DNA from: Octopus vulgaris
Taxonomy: Eukaryota
Assembly: GCA_951406725.2 (NCBI GenBank)
Contig: OX597819.1
Span: forward strand, 73,594,001-73,658,000
Length of the DNA stretch: 64,000 nt
Direction: 5' to 3'
Part shown: one piece after another, positions 57,172 through 64,000 of the stretch
Layout of the letters: every line of letters begins with the position of its first letter
Position numbering within the stretch: position 1 is the stretch's first letter
Notes under the pieces: model-generated
The model's input: only the letters and a program-made list of their open reading frames with translations
Database searches by the model: none
Told to the model about the DNA's origin: nothing
Translations under genes and position numbers: made by a program

Positions 57172-60100
57172 TAGAAAAATACCTTAGGAATGAGAACCCA
57201 GGTTCGAAATTTCCCCAAGACACCTGATGAAGGCTGGAGGGTATATCAGCCAAAACGTTGTGTTAACAACAAACAAGATGAGGACAAATATCCATCAAAT
57301 GTAAATAATGTCCACAATAGGTGTTGTTAACTTTTGATTTTGATCGCAGTGAAAATGGATTTTGCAATGAAACAAGTGTGTGAACCGAGCACTTCATCTT
57401 GTAAATGAAGAAGGCCTTGACTCTTTTGCAGTTGAGGAAATTATTAATGATATTTGTTCATTGGACAATGAGTTTACTCTTACACCAGCAGTGATACGGG
57501 CAATCAAATCAGTGAATGAGATGAGGAGAGCAGTGACCCGCTTAAAGAAATAAAGTAGTTGAGAGGATAGGCCTATCATTGTTATTCTCCTGAATTGTTT
57601 TGTGAATCTGTCCATTTAAGTTTTCCTGCAATGGTTACTCTTGAGCTGTGTCTGCAATTATTTATTTTATTTTGCTCAGGAGCCTAAGTAGAGGGAGAAG
57701 TTAGACATAGGGGCCCAGGTCTGAGAGGGTTAATAATGACAATTATTTTACAAAATTCTTTATTATTTTGAAAATCAATTGAAACAAATGCAGAAATATA
57801 CTAACAAAAGGGTTTTTAAAAAAGAGTTCTTTCTGAAATCTATTTTCTCATGCCTATAATGTTAAAATTATAAAATTAGGATGAATCTGAATGTCAGCTT
57901 GAGATTTTCATTAGAACCTGTATTTGGTGTTTATTTTGTTTGAGTTTTATTTCTTGTTATCCAATCATTAAGTTATTCCCTCTTGGACCTGCCTCGGGGT
58001 CCTGGGACATGACCTCTTCATACTCCTGCCCTTCCCAGAGCAAGCTGCTGGCTTATTGCTGCTTGTACAAGCATTGGGCAAAGACTACAGTATATTTTTC
58101 AAATGGACTCCTCTACTTAAGATCTGAATGCTCCCTTTGTTAACCAGCACAACAGAGATGCTGTATGGTTATTCTTTTAAATCCTTCTCGTATTGTCTCT
58201 AAGATGTAGAAAAGAGTAGAGAAGAAAAAGTCATAAAGAAAGATTGATAGAAGTAGAGGCAGTATACAAAGATATGGAAAGAGAAAATGGGCAAGAGAGA
58301 CTGTTTCCAAGGAAACAGTAGAAGAAAAGAGATGCAAGTGTAAGACATTAAAAGATAAGCCTTTGTCACAGCGAATAAAATCTTGAAAATTACGTTTTGA
58401 TAAAAAATTAATTGGAATTATAAGAATTTTCTAGAATTGGAATTATAAGAATTATCTAGACAGTGTTGATTTTAATAATTGCATTCTTTTATTAGAAATT
58501 CCATACAACTAATAAGCAGCTTTCTTATTAAAATATAGATACACGCACACACACACACACAAACCTGCACAAACCCTGATTGGAACCGTTTTAGCTTTCA
58601 ATCCTCTCCTTCTCTAAAAAATCTCCTTCAATGTTATTCCCTCTGAACATTTTTCATTTGTTTGACCCATTTTTTTGCCAGACTTCCTTTTTTATGACTT
58701 CAGAAATTTCAATTAATTTCTTAATTTAATTCTTGTTTTCAATTGTTTTAATTGTCTTCTTGGTTTATTTCATTTCAGAAAGATCCTGACTCTGTGTCTG
58801 AAGAGATCCGTATTGTTATAACTTCAATTTTTCAAGTAGTGTTAAGAGCTATTGATGTTTATGATATTTCCGTGAGTATTATTATAACAGCCTCTTCTTT
58901 TGTAAATGTGAAGTGGTGGTCTTCCTTCTTAACCTACTCAGCTTTTGAAGTTCATCACGTCAACACTAAGCACATATTTGATGAGTCACAGTTGGTTGTT
59001 TTGGATAAAGTTCCATTTGAAAGCTTTATTCCAGTGGTTCCCAACCTTTTCACTACTAAATTTTCCCACTGACCCCTAGTACTACCTTTGCAGACTACCA
59101 GGGGTCCGTGGGCCGCAAGTTGGGAACCACTGGTTTATTCATTTGTATTCAGACTGCCTTTAAAAAGAAAAAAGACAAAATGGTCATAATTTGCATGTTT
59201 TAAGTCCATTCGATTTCTTTGATTTCTTTGGCATTACTACCATTTCTCTGGTATTACTACCTGTAATATTTTAGGGATAAGTTGTGTGTTGTCTTTGAAT
59301 TAATATACTCTGATTCCTCTGAAATCTATGGACTTTGGCAACAAAACTCGACATAAATACCATATTTTGTGTCATGGAAGACACATCTTGACTTTGGAAA
59401 TGTAATTCTAGGAAAATATTTTTCACACATATCAAAGCTCCATCCATATAATTGGGAGGTGATAGCAGAAGTACACTAAATGCCTGTTATCCAACAAAAC
59501 TGGTGGACGTAGCATCGAAGTGCTTGTCAAGAGGTGTTGTTTGGTTCTTGATGTTGGTGGAAAATGTCTTTCTAGAGCTGCATGTAAAAATAATTTACAA
59601 CACTTGGGATCAATTAACTGACATTTTATTTACTGCAGACAATGATTTCTATGTTGGTTTTTGAATGACAAACAAGGACATTGACACTACCGGGGGTGGG
59701 GGGAGCCATACTGCTGGGATCTATGACAATTTAACTGGTATATAGCAATCTGTGTCTGGCCTATTCATTGATGGCAAAATTTGTCTCTTCTAAACAGCCA
59801 TGAGAATGGAAACACATCAAACGACTACCTCAGCATTCTTGAGATTCCCCCAAAATCCCACTTTCACATAGGGCTCAATGAGAAATTCTAGAAAGTTGAA
59901 TTTGGATTTGGCGTGACACAGGTTGGTTGGTTTAATTGGCCTATCATGTGAAACAACAGTGGCTTAGCCGTGATGTTTACTTGGCTATCCAGTGATCCGA
60001 TTTCAAATCTGCTACATACTCATATCAGGTTTTGAACAAAATCATCAGATATTGATTACCTGTCGGTTATTTGCTGCCAGGTATTATTGTTGTACACAAC

Positions 60101-63071
60101 ACCATGTTCTGCACTTTAACTCTCTTGTAATTATCCATATGACACACCATAATGCTTGGACCACACCCAAAGTGTGACTTCCAAACCACTGAATACAGTT
60201 CCAAAGGAGATTTTATTTTGGATTTACACAACTACCCTTTTGTTTTCTTTGCTTTTTACAGATTTATCATTTCATTTGAGCTTTTGTTTTTTTGTTTTTT
60301 TTTGTTAGCGTGCTGTTGTTAGCTGTTTTGTTGAAATGTTGAGAATCATGGATGATGATCACTATACTGCCTTATTTGAAGCTTATGCTCAAGGAATTCC
60401 TCTAAGGGTCAGTATCTCTTATATTTTTCAAACCCTTATTGTATATATTATAAAGAGTTTATAAATACACGCATTTTAGTACACTTTTTGTTACAATATG
60501 TGCAGGCACAGGTGTAGCTGTGTAGTAAGAAGTTTGCTTCCCAACCACATTGTTGCATGTTCAGTTCCACTGTGTGGCAACTTGGGCAAGCGTCTTCTAT
60601 TATAGCCTTGGGCTAACCAGAGCTGTGTGAGTGGATTTGGTAAATGGAAACTGAAAGAAGCCCATTTTGTGTGTGTTTACAGACATACACGATGGGGCAG
60701 TAACAGGTGGGTTGGAACCAAAAGGGTTAAACTTTCCACTAAGGAATATGTCTGTCAACTGATTAACCCTTTTATTACCATATTTCTGACCAAATGCACA
60801 TTGTCTTTGATTTAATTAATTTTTGAAAATAATGAAGAATTTAGTAATAATCAGGTATTTGGAATATAAATTAAGATGGAATTTAGATGGAAGGTTTTAA
60901 TTTAGATTCCTTTAAAACAGGAAATTTATCTCATAGAACTAAGGGTGGGCTCGAGGAGGTTTTTTTTTTCAAAAGAGTCGAGTTTCCAGTTTATTCTTGC
61001 ATGTTCTTCAAGGTGTTTATTTATCAAGTACTCAATGTGGTAACCAAGTGAACCCTGAACTTTGATTAACTTTTTAGCATTGAAACTGGCCATTATCCAG
61101 CCAGAATATTCTAGTTGAAATTTACAGAAAAACAAAAGATGAAGACAGGTGTGTAAACAACAAGCAGGTGTAATAGTTTGATGCTCAGGAAGGTGAGAAA
61201 GTCTTTTACGCTTCGAGCCTACGCTCTTCAACAGAAAGGAACACAAGGAAATAAAAACAGAGAGAATAAAATTATTCTCCCCGTTCTGTGTTCAAACTGG
61301 CTAGATCTGACCTGTCACATGTTCTTCTAAAAATAAACAATCACATCATCGAAATCTCAAAGCCACAAGATAATGCATGATTAGTTCAGAGCAATATGAA
61401 TAAATAAGCATTACATTTGACAGAGTTATCTGAATGTTAAAAGGTTAAATATATAAAAGTTTTAAATCCCAATCATTTCTTTTTTTTTATAGGAATTATA
61501 TTTTTACATTTTTGTTTTTCAGGAATTTCTAAACCTGGTCTTAGTTACATTTCATAATTTAATCAATTTTGACACTTTCCCCTGTGATTGGTCTGTCATG
61601 CGAATGGTTATGAACAAGTAAGAATTTTGTTTTGAATTTCTCATTATTATTGTGATATTAGAAGAATCTGATTTTTGTTACCAGTAAATTGTATGGTCAT
61701 TGTTGTACTAAAAACTTGATCGGTTCAAGTCTTTTTTATAGACATTCTGAGTGTATTGTCTGTCATATAGACATGACAGATTATTATTATTATTATATAT
61801 GAAGGTGGCGAGCTGGCAGAATCGTTAGCATGCTGGGCGAAATGCTTAGTGGTATTTTGTCCGTCTCTACATTCTGAATTCAAATTCCACCATGGTCGAT
61901 TTTGCCTTTCAGGGTTGATTAAATAAGTACCAGTTATGCACTAGAGTGAGGGGGTTTAATGTATTCAACTAACCCGTCTCCTCAAAACTGCTGGCATTGT
62001 GCCACAATTAGAAAAAAATTATTCCTATCTGCCAACTGGGATGATGGCAATTACACTCCTTTATATTCAGTGCCATAATTGTGCTCCCTCTCTCTTTATA
62101 TATATCAGGTCATCCCATAAGTTCTGTCTGATTTTATCCTTTTTAAAATTGAATGAAATTTAATAGTATTTTAGAATGTCTAATGGAATCAGAAATTATT
62201 TTTATGCATTTGTGTACATTTAAACAAATTAAATATTATTTTACAGAATAATAGAATTAAAATTTCTTTGATTAAAACCCTTTCTAATATGACTACATCA
62301 TATGCCCATGAGTATATGGTGTAGTGGTTAAGAGCACAGGTTACTAACCCCAAGATTCTGAGTTTGATTCCAGGCAGTGACCTTAATAACACCGAAAAAT
62401 ACCCAAGTTTTTTTTTTACTATTGCGAAAGAATAATAAGGCTGGAGGGTATATCAGCCAAATTGTGGTGTTAACGACAAACAAGATGAGGACAAATATCC
62501 GTCAAATATAAATAACGTAAATGTCATTACTTATCTAATGTTTTCTGTTATCGTTTCAGTGTCATATTGACTTCAATTCACTATTTTGCTCGTGCTCTGT
62601 CTGACAACTTCTTACTGGACACCAACTTTGAATACCAAGTAAGTTTAGTGAAACATTTTCTGTTGTTTTTTTCAGCTTGTTAAAACTCCAGTTTTCTGTC
62701 AAACAGTGCTATGAGCTGAATTACTTATGTAATCCTGTGTTACAATATATGGAGTAACCTGCTAGAAATAGCAGTCAAATATTTCTCCAATTTCTCTATT
62801 GTTTTTTTTGTTTTTTTTTTAAGGAAGGATATATTGGATAATGCAATCTAAGATATATTATGTCTGAGAAAGACAGGATGGGCACAGATGGAATGTCTTT
62901 GAGTAGCAATCTACTTGATTAGACTGACTTGGGGCTGAAAAAAAATGCTTTCTTTAAATTTGAACTCAATAGAGGTGATCTATCTAGTAGACCAGTGGTT
63001 CCCAACCTGGGATCCATGGACCCCTGGTGGTCCGCAAAAGTAGTACTGGGGGTCCGTGAACTAAATTCAAA

Positions 63072-63107
<36 letters not shown>

Positions 63108-63479
63108 ATGATAAGCATATCAAAAGGTGTCTGTGGGAAAACTCATTGAAATAGAAGGGTTGGGAACCACTGTACTAGATCCTTAATGTACTTGTAGAAT
63201 CAGTGCCTTGTCTACCCAATGGCACAGGGAGGTGCTAGCAGTAGGAGTCCCTGATTTTGGTGAGAAGAGAGCTTGATACCTCATTCTTTCTGCCATTCCT
63301 TTGTCGCAACAGACAAACTCAAAATAACTGAATTGGGGATTGATAGAATTTCCAATGTATTTCTGTTTCTATTTTCAGCTCTGGAACAATTACTTCCACC
63401 TGGCTGTTAGCTTTATAATTCAACCAAGTCTTCAACTAGAGAATTTTTCAATAGCCAAAAGTCAGAAGATAAAGGAAAG
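2258..63479 (+). CDS. DOCK3: DOCK3/DOCK4-like dedicator of cytokinesis (DOCK-B/sponge-like Rac GEF), internal part of a multi-exon gene; 25 exons in window, 5' and 3' ends outside
   Basis: The spliced exons give one open frame with DOCK motifs: [78 protein letters not shown] and [26 protein letters not shown] and YHSNNPKW favour DOCK3/4 over DOCK1/2/5. All introns are GT-AG with matching phases. Confidence 0.93.
3781..3862 (+). CDS. DOCK3: DOCK exon 2 ([28 protein letters not shown])
   Basis: poly-T tract and ctccag acceptor, gtaagt donor; phase 2 to 0. Confidence 0.92.
4425..4640. mobile_element. TTAA-flanked MITE (piggyBac-like)
   Basis: TIRs ccctttcgttac / gtaatgaaaggg with TTAA on both sides; related copy from about 60765. 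Confidence 0.8.
4848..4899 (+). CDS. DOCK3: DOCK exon 3 ([17 protein letters not shown])
   Basis: cccaag acceptor, gtaaat donor; phase 0 to 1; DOCK DL...IxRIG motif. Confidence 0.88.
6198..6272 (+). CDS. DOCK3: DOCK exon 4 ([25 protein letters not shown])
   Basis: caacag acceptor, gtgaga donor; conserved RRPYG motif. Confidence 0.93.
6917..6989 (+). CDS. DOCK3: DOCK exon 5 ([24 protein letters not shown])
   Basis: ttccag acceptor; ag|gtcagt donor gives the phase 2 needed by the next exon. Confidence 0.85.
7833..7924 (+). CDS. DOCK3: DOCK exon 6 ([30 protein letters not shown])
   Basis: ttacag acceptor, gtaatg donor; resembles the DOCK3 HENIIR segment. Confidence 0.88.
8053..8110. repeat. 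(ATT)n microsatellite
   Basis: Direct; similar tracts at 30022-30060, 30185-30222, 44336-44396 and 55931-55981. Confidence 0.95.
8360..9870 (-). mobile_element. Degenerate R4/Dong-like non-LTR retrotransposon, 3' fragment
   Basis: Minus-strand remnants [36 protein letters not shown] and terminal LQK...RILRKLLET; the 3' end abuts a (TAA)n tract, as is typical of the Dong group. Confidence 0.8.
9879..10197. repeat. ~48-bp direct repeat, two tandem copies plus one dispersed copy
   Basis: ccaatgctcaaagcagrcacattcctgtcttcataa at about 9879, 9926 and 10145. Confidence 0.8.
11216..11510 (-). mobile_element. SINE family B with ggaagggcatccagctgtagaaac core and (GAT)n tail
   Basis: Recurrent core and ttaaatgatgatgat tail. 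Other copies at about 620-810, 5650-5967, 34008-34160, 37910-38145, 38345-38540, 47190-47710, 52455-52760, 54076-54300 and 63585-63820. Confidence 0.8.
11511..11892. repeat. 19-bp minisatellite, ~20 copies (tgaggccaaactgccttcg)
   Basis: Directly visible tandem array attached to a family B SINE. Confidence 0.95.
19713..20118 (-). mobile_element. tRNA-derived SINE family A (full copy, antisense)
   Basis: Reverse-complement match to 985-1358. Confidence 0.85.
22068..22613. mobile_element. Palindromic mariner-derived non-autonomous element
   Basis: Minus-strand peptide PSDYHLF...[13 protein letters not shown]...NGDYVEK is the mariner transposase C-terminus. The same 3' end is repeated in inverted orientation at 22399-22613. 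Confidence 0.88.
23792..23832 (-). ncRNA. Decayed minimal hammerhead motif
   Basis: CUUUA-CUGAGGA-GGC..GCU-GAAAC-AU-GAC-UGAAG; the cleavage triplet reads GAC instead of GUC. Confidence 0.45.
24290..24540 (+). mobile_element. R4/Dong-like LINE restriction-like endonuclease fragment
   Basis: [30 protein letters not shown] resembles the RLE EK..KY.DL..E motif. Confidence 0.65.
24816..25070. mobile_element. hAT-type MITE
   Basis: TIR cagtgtttctcaa / ttgagaaccactg. Confidence 0.7.
27885..28087. mobile_element. Tigger/pogo-like MITE
   Basis: TA-flanked TIRs cagtaaccct / agggattactg. Confidence 0.7.
30773..31068. repeat. Long near-perfect inverted repeat (~140-bp arms, 18-nt loop)
   Basis: 30773-30912 is the reverse complement of 30931-31068 with few mismatches; flanked by (TA)n. 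Confidence 0.92.
31370..31770 (+). mobile_element. tRNA-derived SINE family A (full copy)
   Basis: Same head, body and tail as 985-1358, with an internal (TA)n. Confidence 0.85.
32668..32793 (+). CDS. DOCK3: DOCK exon 7 ([42 protein letters not shown])
   Basis: aaatag acceptor, cag|gtcaaa donor; phase 1 to 1; aligns by eye to DOCK3 GLIISLQLLRGD...FPDVIMPG. Confidence 0.9.
32879..33195 (+). mobile_element. tRNA-derived SINE, family D (CORE/Deu-like body)
   Basis: tggctcagtggtt A box, gagttcaattcc B box, gtgtccttgagcaagacactt and tcactcagctg segments. Related copies at about 14580-14980(-), 15730-15900, 17780-18050(-) and 22920-23220(-). Confidence 0.75.
35410..35945 (+). mobile_element. RTE-clade (Rex3/Expander-like) LINE 3' fragment containing a 37-bp VNTR
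   Basis: [14 protein letters not shown]...[18 protein letters not shown]...GHVVRM...PTNRRPR matches the RTE C-terminus. Confidence 0.75.
35717..35902. repeat. 37-bp minisatellite, 5 copies (ctaggaaggaggtgcctgaggactctacgcctcatga)
   Basis: Five near-identical tandem units. Confidence 0.95.
36007..36131 (+). CDS. DOCK3: DOCK exon 8, start of DHR-1 ([42 protein letters not shown])
   Basis: cattag acceptor, gtaagt donor; hallmark DHR-1 motif. Confidence 0.96.
37139..37237 (+). CDS. DOCK3: DOCK exon 9 ([33 protein letters not shown])
   Basis: ctgcag acceptor, gtgagt donor; DHR-1 YH..P.W.E motif. Confidence 0.96.
38701..38764 (+). CDS. DOCK3: DOCK exon 10 ([21 protein letters not shown])
   Basis: ttgcag acceptor, gtaagt donor; DHR-1 H.R.E.RHCS motif. 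Confidence 0.95.
38887..38993 (+). CDS. DOCK3: DOCK exon 11 ([36 protein letters not shown])
   Basis: ttgcag acceptor, gtaaga donor; TL.D..H.L..YK motif. Confidence 0.94.
39400..39849 (-). mobile_element. Degenerate RTE-like LINE 3' fragment interrupted by a SINE
   Basis: [23 protein letters not shown]...IRFTGHCQR peptide; (GAT)n tail. Confidence 0.7.
39862..40259 (+). mobile_element. Young dimeric tRNA-derived SINE, family C (Meta-like central domain), with TSD
   Basis: ggcggcgagctggcagaa head and gtcgactttgcctttcatcctttcggggtcgataaa core, CpGs intact. Flanked by the direct repeat gtagacttccag (39850-39861 and 40260-40271). Older copies at about 8113-8325, 23258-23470, 39028-39240, 44190-44835, 46420-46750(-), 54945-55720 and 61800-62010. 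Confidence 0.88.
41308..41467 (+). CDS. DOCK3: DOCK exon 12, end of DHR-1 (CDTLVNL...CSTKFTQN)
   Basis: ttacag acceptor, gtaata donor; STK.TQN motif. Confidence 0.93.
41831..42091. mobile_element. hAT-type MITE
   Basis: cagtg...cactg termini with a perfect 8-bp TSD gcttaaat (41823-41830 and 42092-42099). Confidence 0.85.
42954..43051 (+). CDS. DOCK3: DOCK exon 13 ([33 protein letters not shown])
   Basis: ttgcag acceptor, gtaagc donor; DLL..L.W motif. Confidence 0.94.
43130..43860 (-). mobile_element. RTE-clade LINE fragment
   Basis: [41 protein letters not shown]...KGRLY...AMLHGNET. Confidence 0.85.
44914..45000 (+). CDS. DOCK3: DOCK exon 14 ([29 protein letters not shown])
   Basis: tttcag acceptor, gtaagt donor; L.DILDALF and VFDAL motifs. 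Confidence 0.95.
45168..45660. mobile_element. Palindromic tRNA-head + hammerhead short retroelement, copy 2
   Basis: Same architecture as 56774-57308; TSD ctcacaattgtact / ctcacaaatgtact. Confidence 0.78.
45796..45896 (+). CDS. DOCK3: DOCK exon 15 ([33 protein letters not shown])
   Basis: poly-T tract and aacag acceptor, gtacgt donor; phase 0 to 2. Confidence 0.92.
46793..46874 (+). CDS. DOCK3: DOCK exon 16 ([27 protein letters not shown])
   Basis: tttcag acceptor, aag|gtgatt donor; phase 2 to 0. Confidence 0.9.
48552..48604 (+). CDS. DOCK3: DOCK exon 17 ([17 protein letters not shown])
   Basis: ttttag acceptor, gtaatt donor; YLF.FIVQS motif. Confidence 0.93.
49729..50391 (-). mobile_element. 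Partial-tandem retrozyme/Penelope pLTR-like element
   Basis: ~120-bp terminal direct repeat (period ~543 bp) and an internal hammerhead on the minus strand; sits between (TA)n and (CA)n tracts. Confidence 0.7.
49901..49966 (-). ncRNA. Minimal type I hammerhead ribozyme motif
   Basis: CUACA-CUGAAGA-long stem II-GAAAC-GC-GUA-UGUAG; stem I CUACA/UGUAG; palindromic ACGCGU in place of stem III. Confidence 0.8.
51062..51358. repeat. Long inverted repeat (~125-bp arms, ~43-nt loop)
   Basis: 51062-51191 is reverse-complementary to 51235-51358. Confidence 0.92.
51253..51330 (+). ncRNA. Hammerhead ribozyme motif with long stem II
   Basis: UCAU-CUGACGA-~50 nt stem II-GAAAU-GGCU-GUA-AUGA; the inverted twin at 51091-51173 reads GAAACGGCUGUA. 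Confidence 0.62.
51361..51413. repeat. (TA)n microsatellite
   Basis: Direct; separates two large hairpin elements. Confidence 0.95.
51412..51706. repeat. Long near-perfect inverted repeat (~135-bp arms, ~12-nt loop)
   Basis: 51412-51546 is reverse-complementary to 51559-51706; flanked by (TA)n. Confidence 0.93.
52283..52391 (+). CDS. DOCK3: DOCK exon 18 ([36 protein letters not shown])
   Basis: tttcag acceptor, cag|gtaatg donor; phase 2 to 0. Confidence 0.88.
52847..52895 (-). ncRNA. Decayed minimal hammerhead motif
   Basis: CACAAAC-CUGAUGA-ACA-GGAA-CAU-GAAAC-UCUGA-GUA-ACAGUUUUUGUG. Confidence 0.5.
53883..54069 (+). CDS. DOCK3: DOCK exon 19 ([16 protein letters not shown]...KSELVTDR)
   Basis: tttcag acceptor, gtaggt donor; open 187 nt, phase 0 to 1. 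Confidence 0.88.
55990..56117 (+). CDS. DOCK3: DOCK exon 20 ([15 protein letters not shown]...FLHSLKL)
   Basis: ccttag acceptor, gtaagt donor; SR..LLP motif. Confidence 0.92.
56854..56899 (-). ncRNA. Minimal type I hammerhead ribozyme motif (slightly decayed)
   Basis: GACAC-CUGAUGA-A-GGCCG..CAGCC-GAAAC-AUU-GUGUU. Confidence 0.7.
57219..57264 (+). ncRNA. Minimal type I hammerhead ribozyme motif (GAAA changed to AAAA)
   Basis: GACAC-CUGAUGA-A-GGCUG..CAGCC-AAAAC-GUU-GUGUU. Confidence 0.65.
58779..58871 (+). CDS. DOCK3: DOCK exon 21 ([31 protein letters not shown])
   Basis: tttcag acceptor, gtgagt donor; phase 0 to 0. Confidence 0.86.
59032..59132. mobile_element. hAT-type MITE
   Basis: TIR cagtggttcccaac / gttgggaaccactg; TSD ctttattc / gtttattc. 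Confidence 0.8.
60309..60407 (+). CDS. DOCK3: DOCK exon 22 ([33 protein letters not shown])
   Basis: poly-T tract and gttag acceptor, gtcagt donor; VSC...LR.M.D.HY motif. Confidence 0.93.
61202..61239 (-). ncRNA. Variant minimal hammerhead motif
   Basis: CUUU-CUGUUGA-A-GAGC-GUAG-GCUC-GAAGC-GUA-AAAG. Confidence 0.5.
61523..61617 (+). CDS. DOCK3: DOCK exon 23 ([31 protein letters not shown])
   Basis: tttcag acceptor, gtaaga donor; FP.DW.VMR motif. Confidence 0.95.
62560..62638 (+). CDS. DOCK3: DOCK exon 24 ([26 protein letters not shown])
   Basis: tttcag acceptor, gtaagt donor; phase 2 to 0. Confidence 0.93.
62993..63172. mobile_element. hAT-type MITE, same family as 59032-59132
   Basis: TIR cagtggttcccaacc / ggttgggaaccactg; shared internal gggtccgtg segment. 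Confidence 0.8.
63379..63479 (+). CDS. DOCK3: DOCK exon 25 ([33 protein letters not shown])
   Basis: tttcag acceptor, gtgagg donor; hallmark LWNNYF.LAV.F..Q.SLQLE motif. Confidence 0.96.
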
Positions 63480-64000
63480 GTGAGGAAAGAGTCTTCTTTG
63501 TCACTACCAGCAGTTTCTTCTTTTCCTTTCTTCTCTTCTCTTCCTTCCTCCTCTTCCCACTTCACTTCTTCTTTCCCCTCCCCCTGTCTTGACATCATGT
63601 GATAATTGTAAATGAGTGTCACTGTCCTATAAACAGTGTTGTTCATTTCCAATCTTCTGTGAATAACATGTCTGGTCATGAAGGAAATATTACTCAGCTT
63701 GAAAACAGGAGAAGGTTGGTGACAGGAAGGGCATCCAGCCATAGAAAAGCTGCTTCATCAAATTCCATTTGACCTATACAAACATGGAGGAGTGGACATT
63801 AAAACGATGATGATGATGATGGTGTGTGTGTGTGTCAACATCATAGGATAGTAGTAAATGATTGTCCCCATCACTCAAGCTGAGCTCCTCATTTCCAGTC
63901 TTCGCTAGAAATATGTCAAGCTTCAGGAAAATATTACTTTACATGGTAAGAGGCGCAGGAGACAAGAAAAGCATAGAAAATTTGCCTCACTGAATTCCAG

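Larger units (their letters stand above)
56774..57308. mobile_element. Palindromic tRNA-head + hammerhead short retroelement (Penelope-associated, SINE-like), copy 1
   Basis: Head-to-head inverted arms, central tRNA-like A/B boxes, a hammerhead motif in each arm and a 14-bp TSD tgtccacaataggt. Confidence 0.8.

Noticed and set aside
210-63742. Most ORFs in the supplied six-frame track
   Set aside because: They are read-throughs of SINEs, microsatellites or exon-intron boundaries. Only those overlapping DOCK exons or LINE/mariner remnants carry real coding signal.

Overview
AT-rich, repeat-dense animal genomic DNA, most likely from an octopus or other coleoid cephalopod. This is inferred from its tRNA-derived SINE families and dense (TA)n/(ATT)n microsatellites. 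The whole window lies inside one + strand gene encoding a divergent DOCK3/DOCK4-like (DOCK-B, sponge-like) Rac GEF. I traced 25 consecutive, phase-compatible GT-AG exons (2258-63479). They cover the N-terminal C2-like region, the DHR-1 C2 domain and the ARM region. The SH3 exons and the DHR-2 exons lie outside the window. Introns, including an outsized 24.7-kb intron at 7925-32667, hold SINEs, RTE and R4/Dong LINE fragments, mariner/hAT/TTAA/Tigger-type MITEs and two minisatellites. The most interesting signal is at RNA level: five or six unrelated short repeat families each carry a minimal type I hammerhead ribozyme motif (CUGANGA-stem II-GAAAC-palindrome-GUH) of the Penelope/retrozyme kind. 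They include (i) a TSD-flanked palindromic element that fuses a tRNA-like Pol III head to a hammerhead, (ii) a ~543-bp partial-tandem retrozyme-like unit, and (iii) long near-perfect hairpins with a hammerhead in each arm. Solitary hammerheads are all antisense to the host pre-mRNA. All ribozyme calls are folded by eye and need computational and experimental confirmation.
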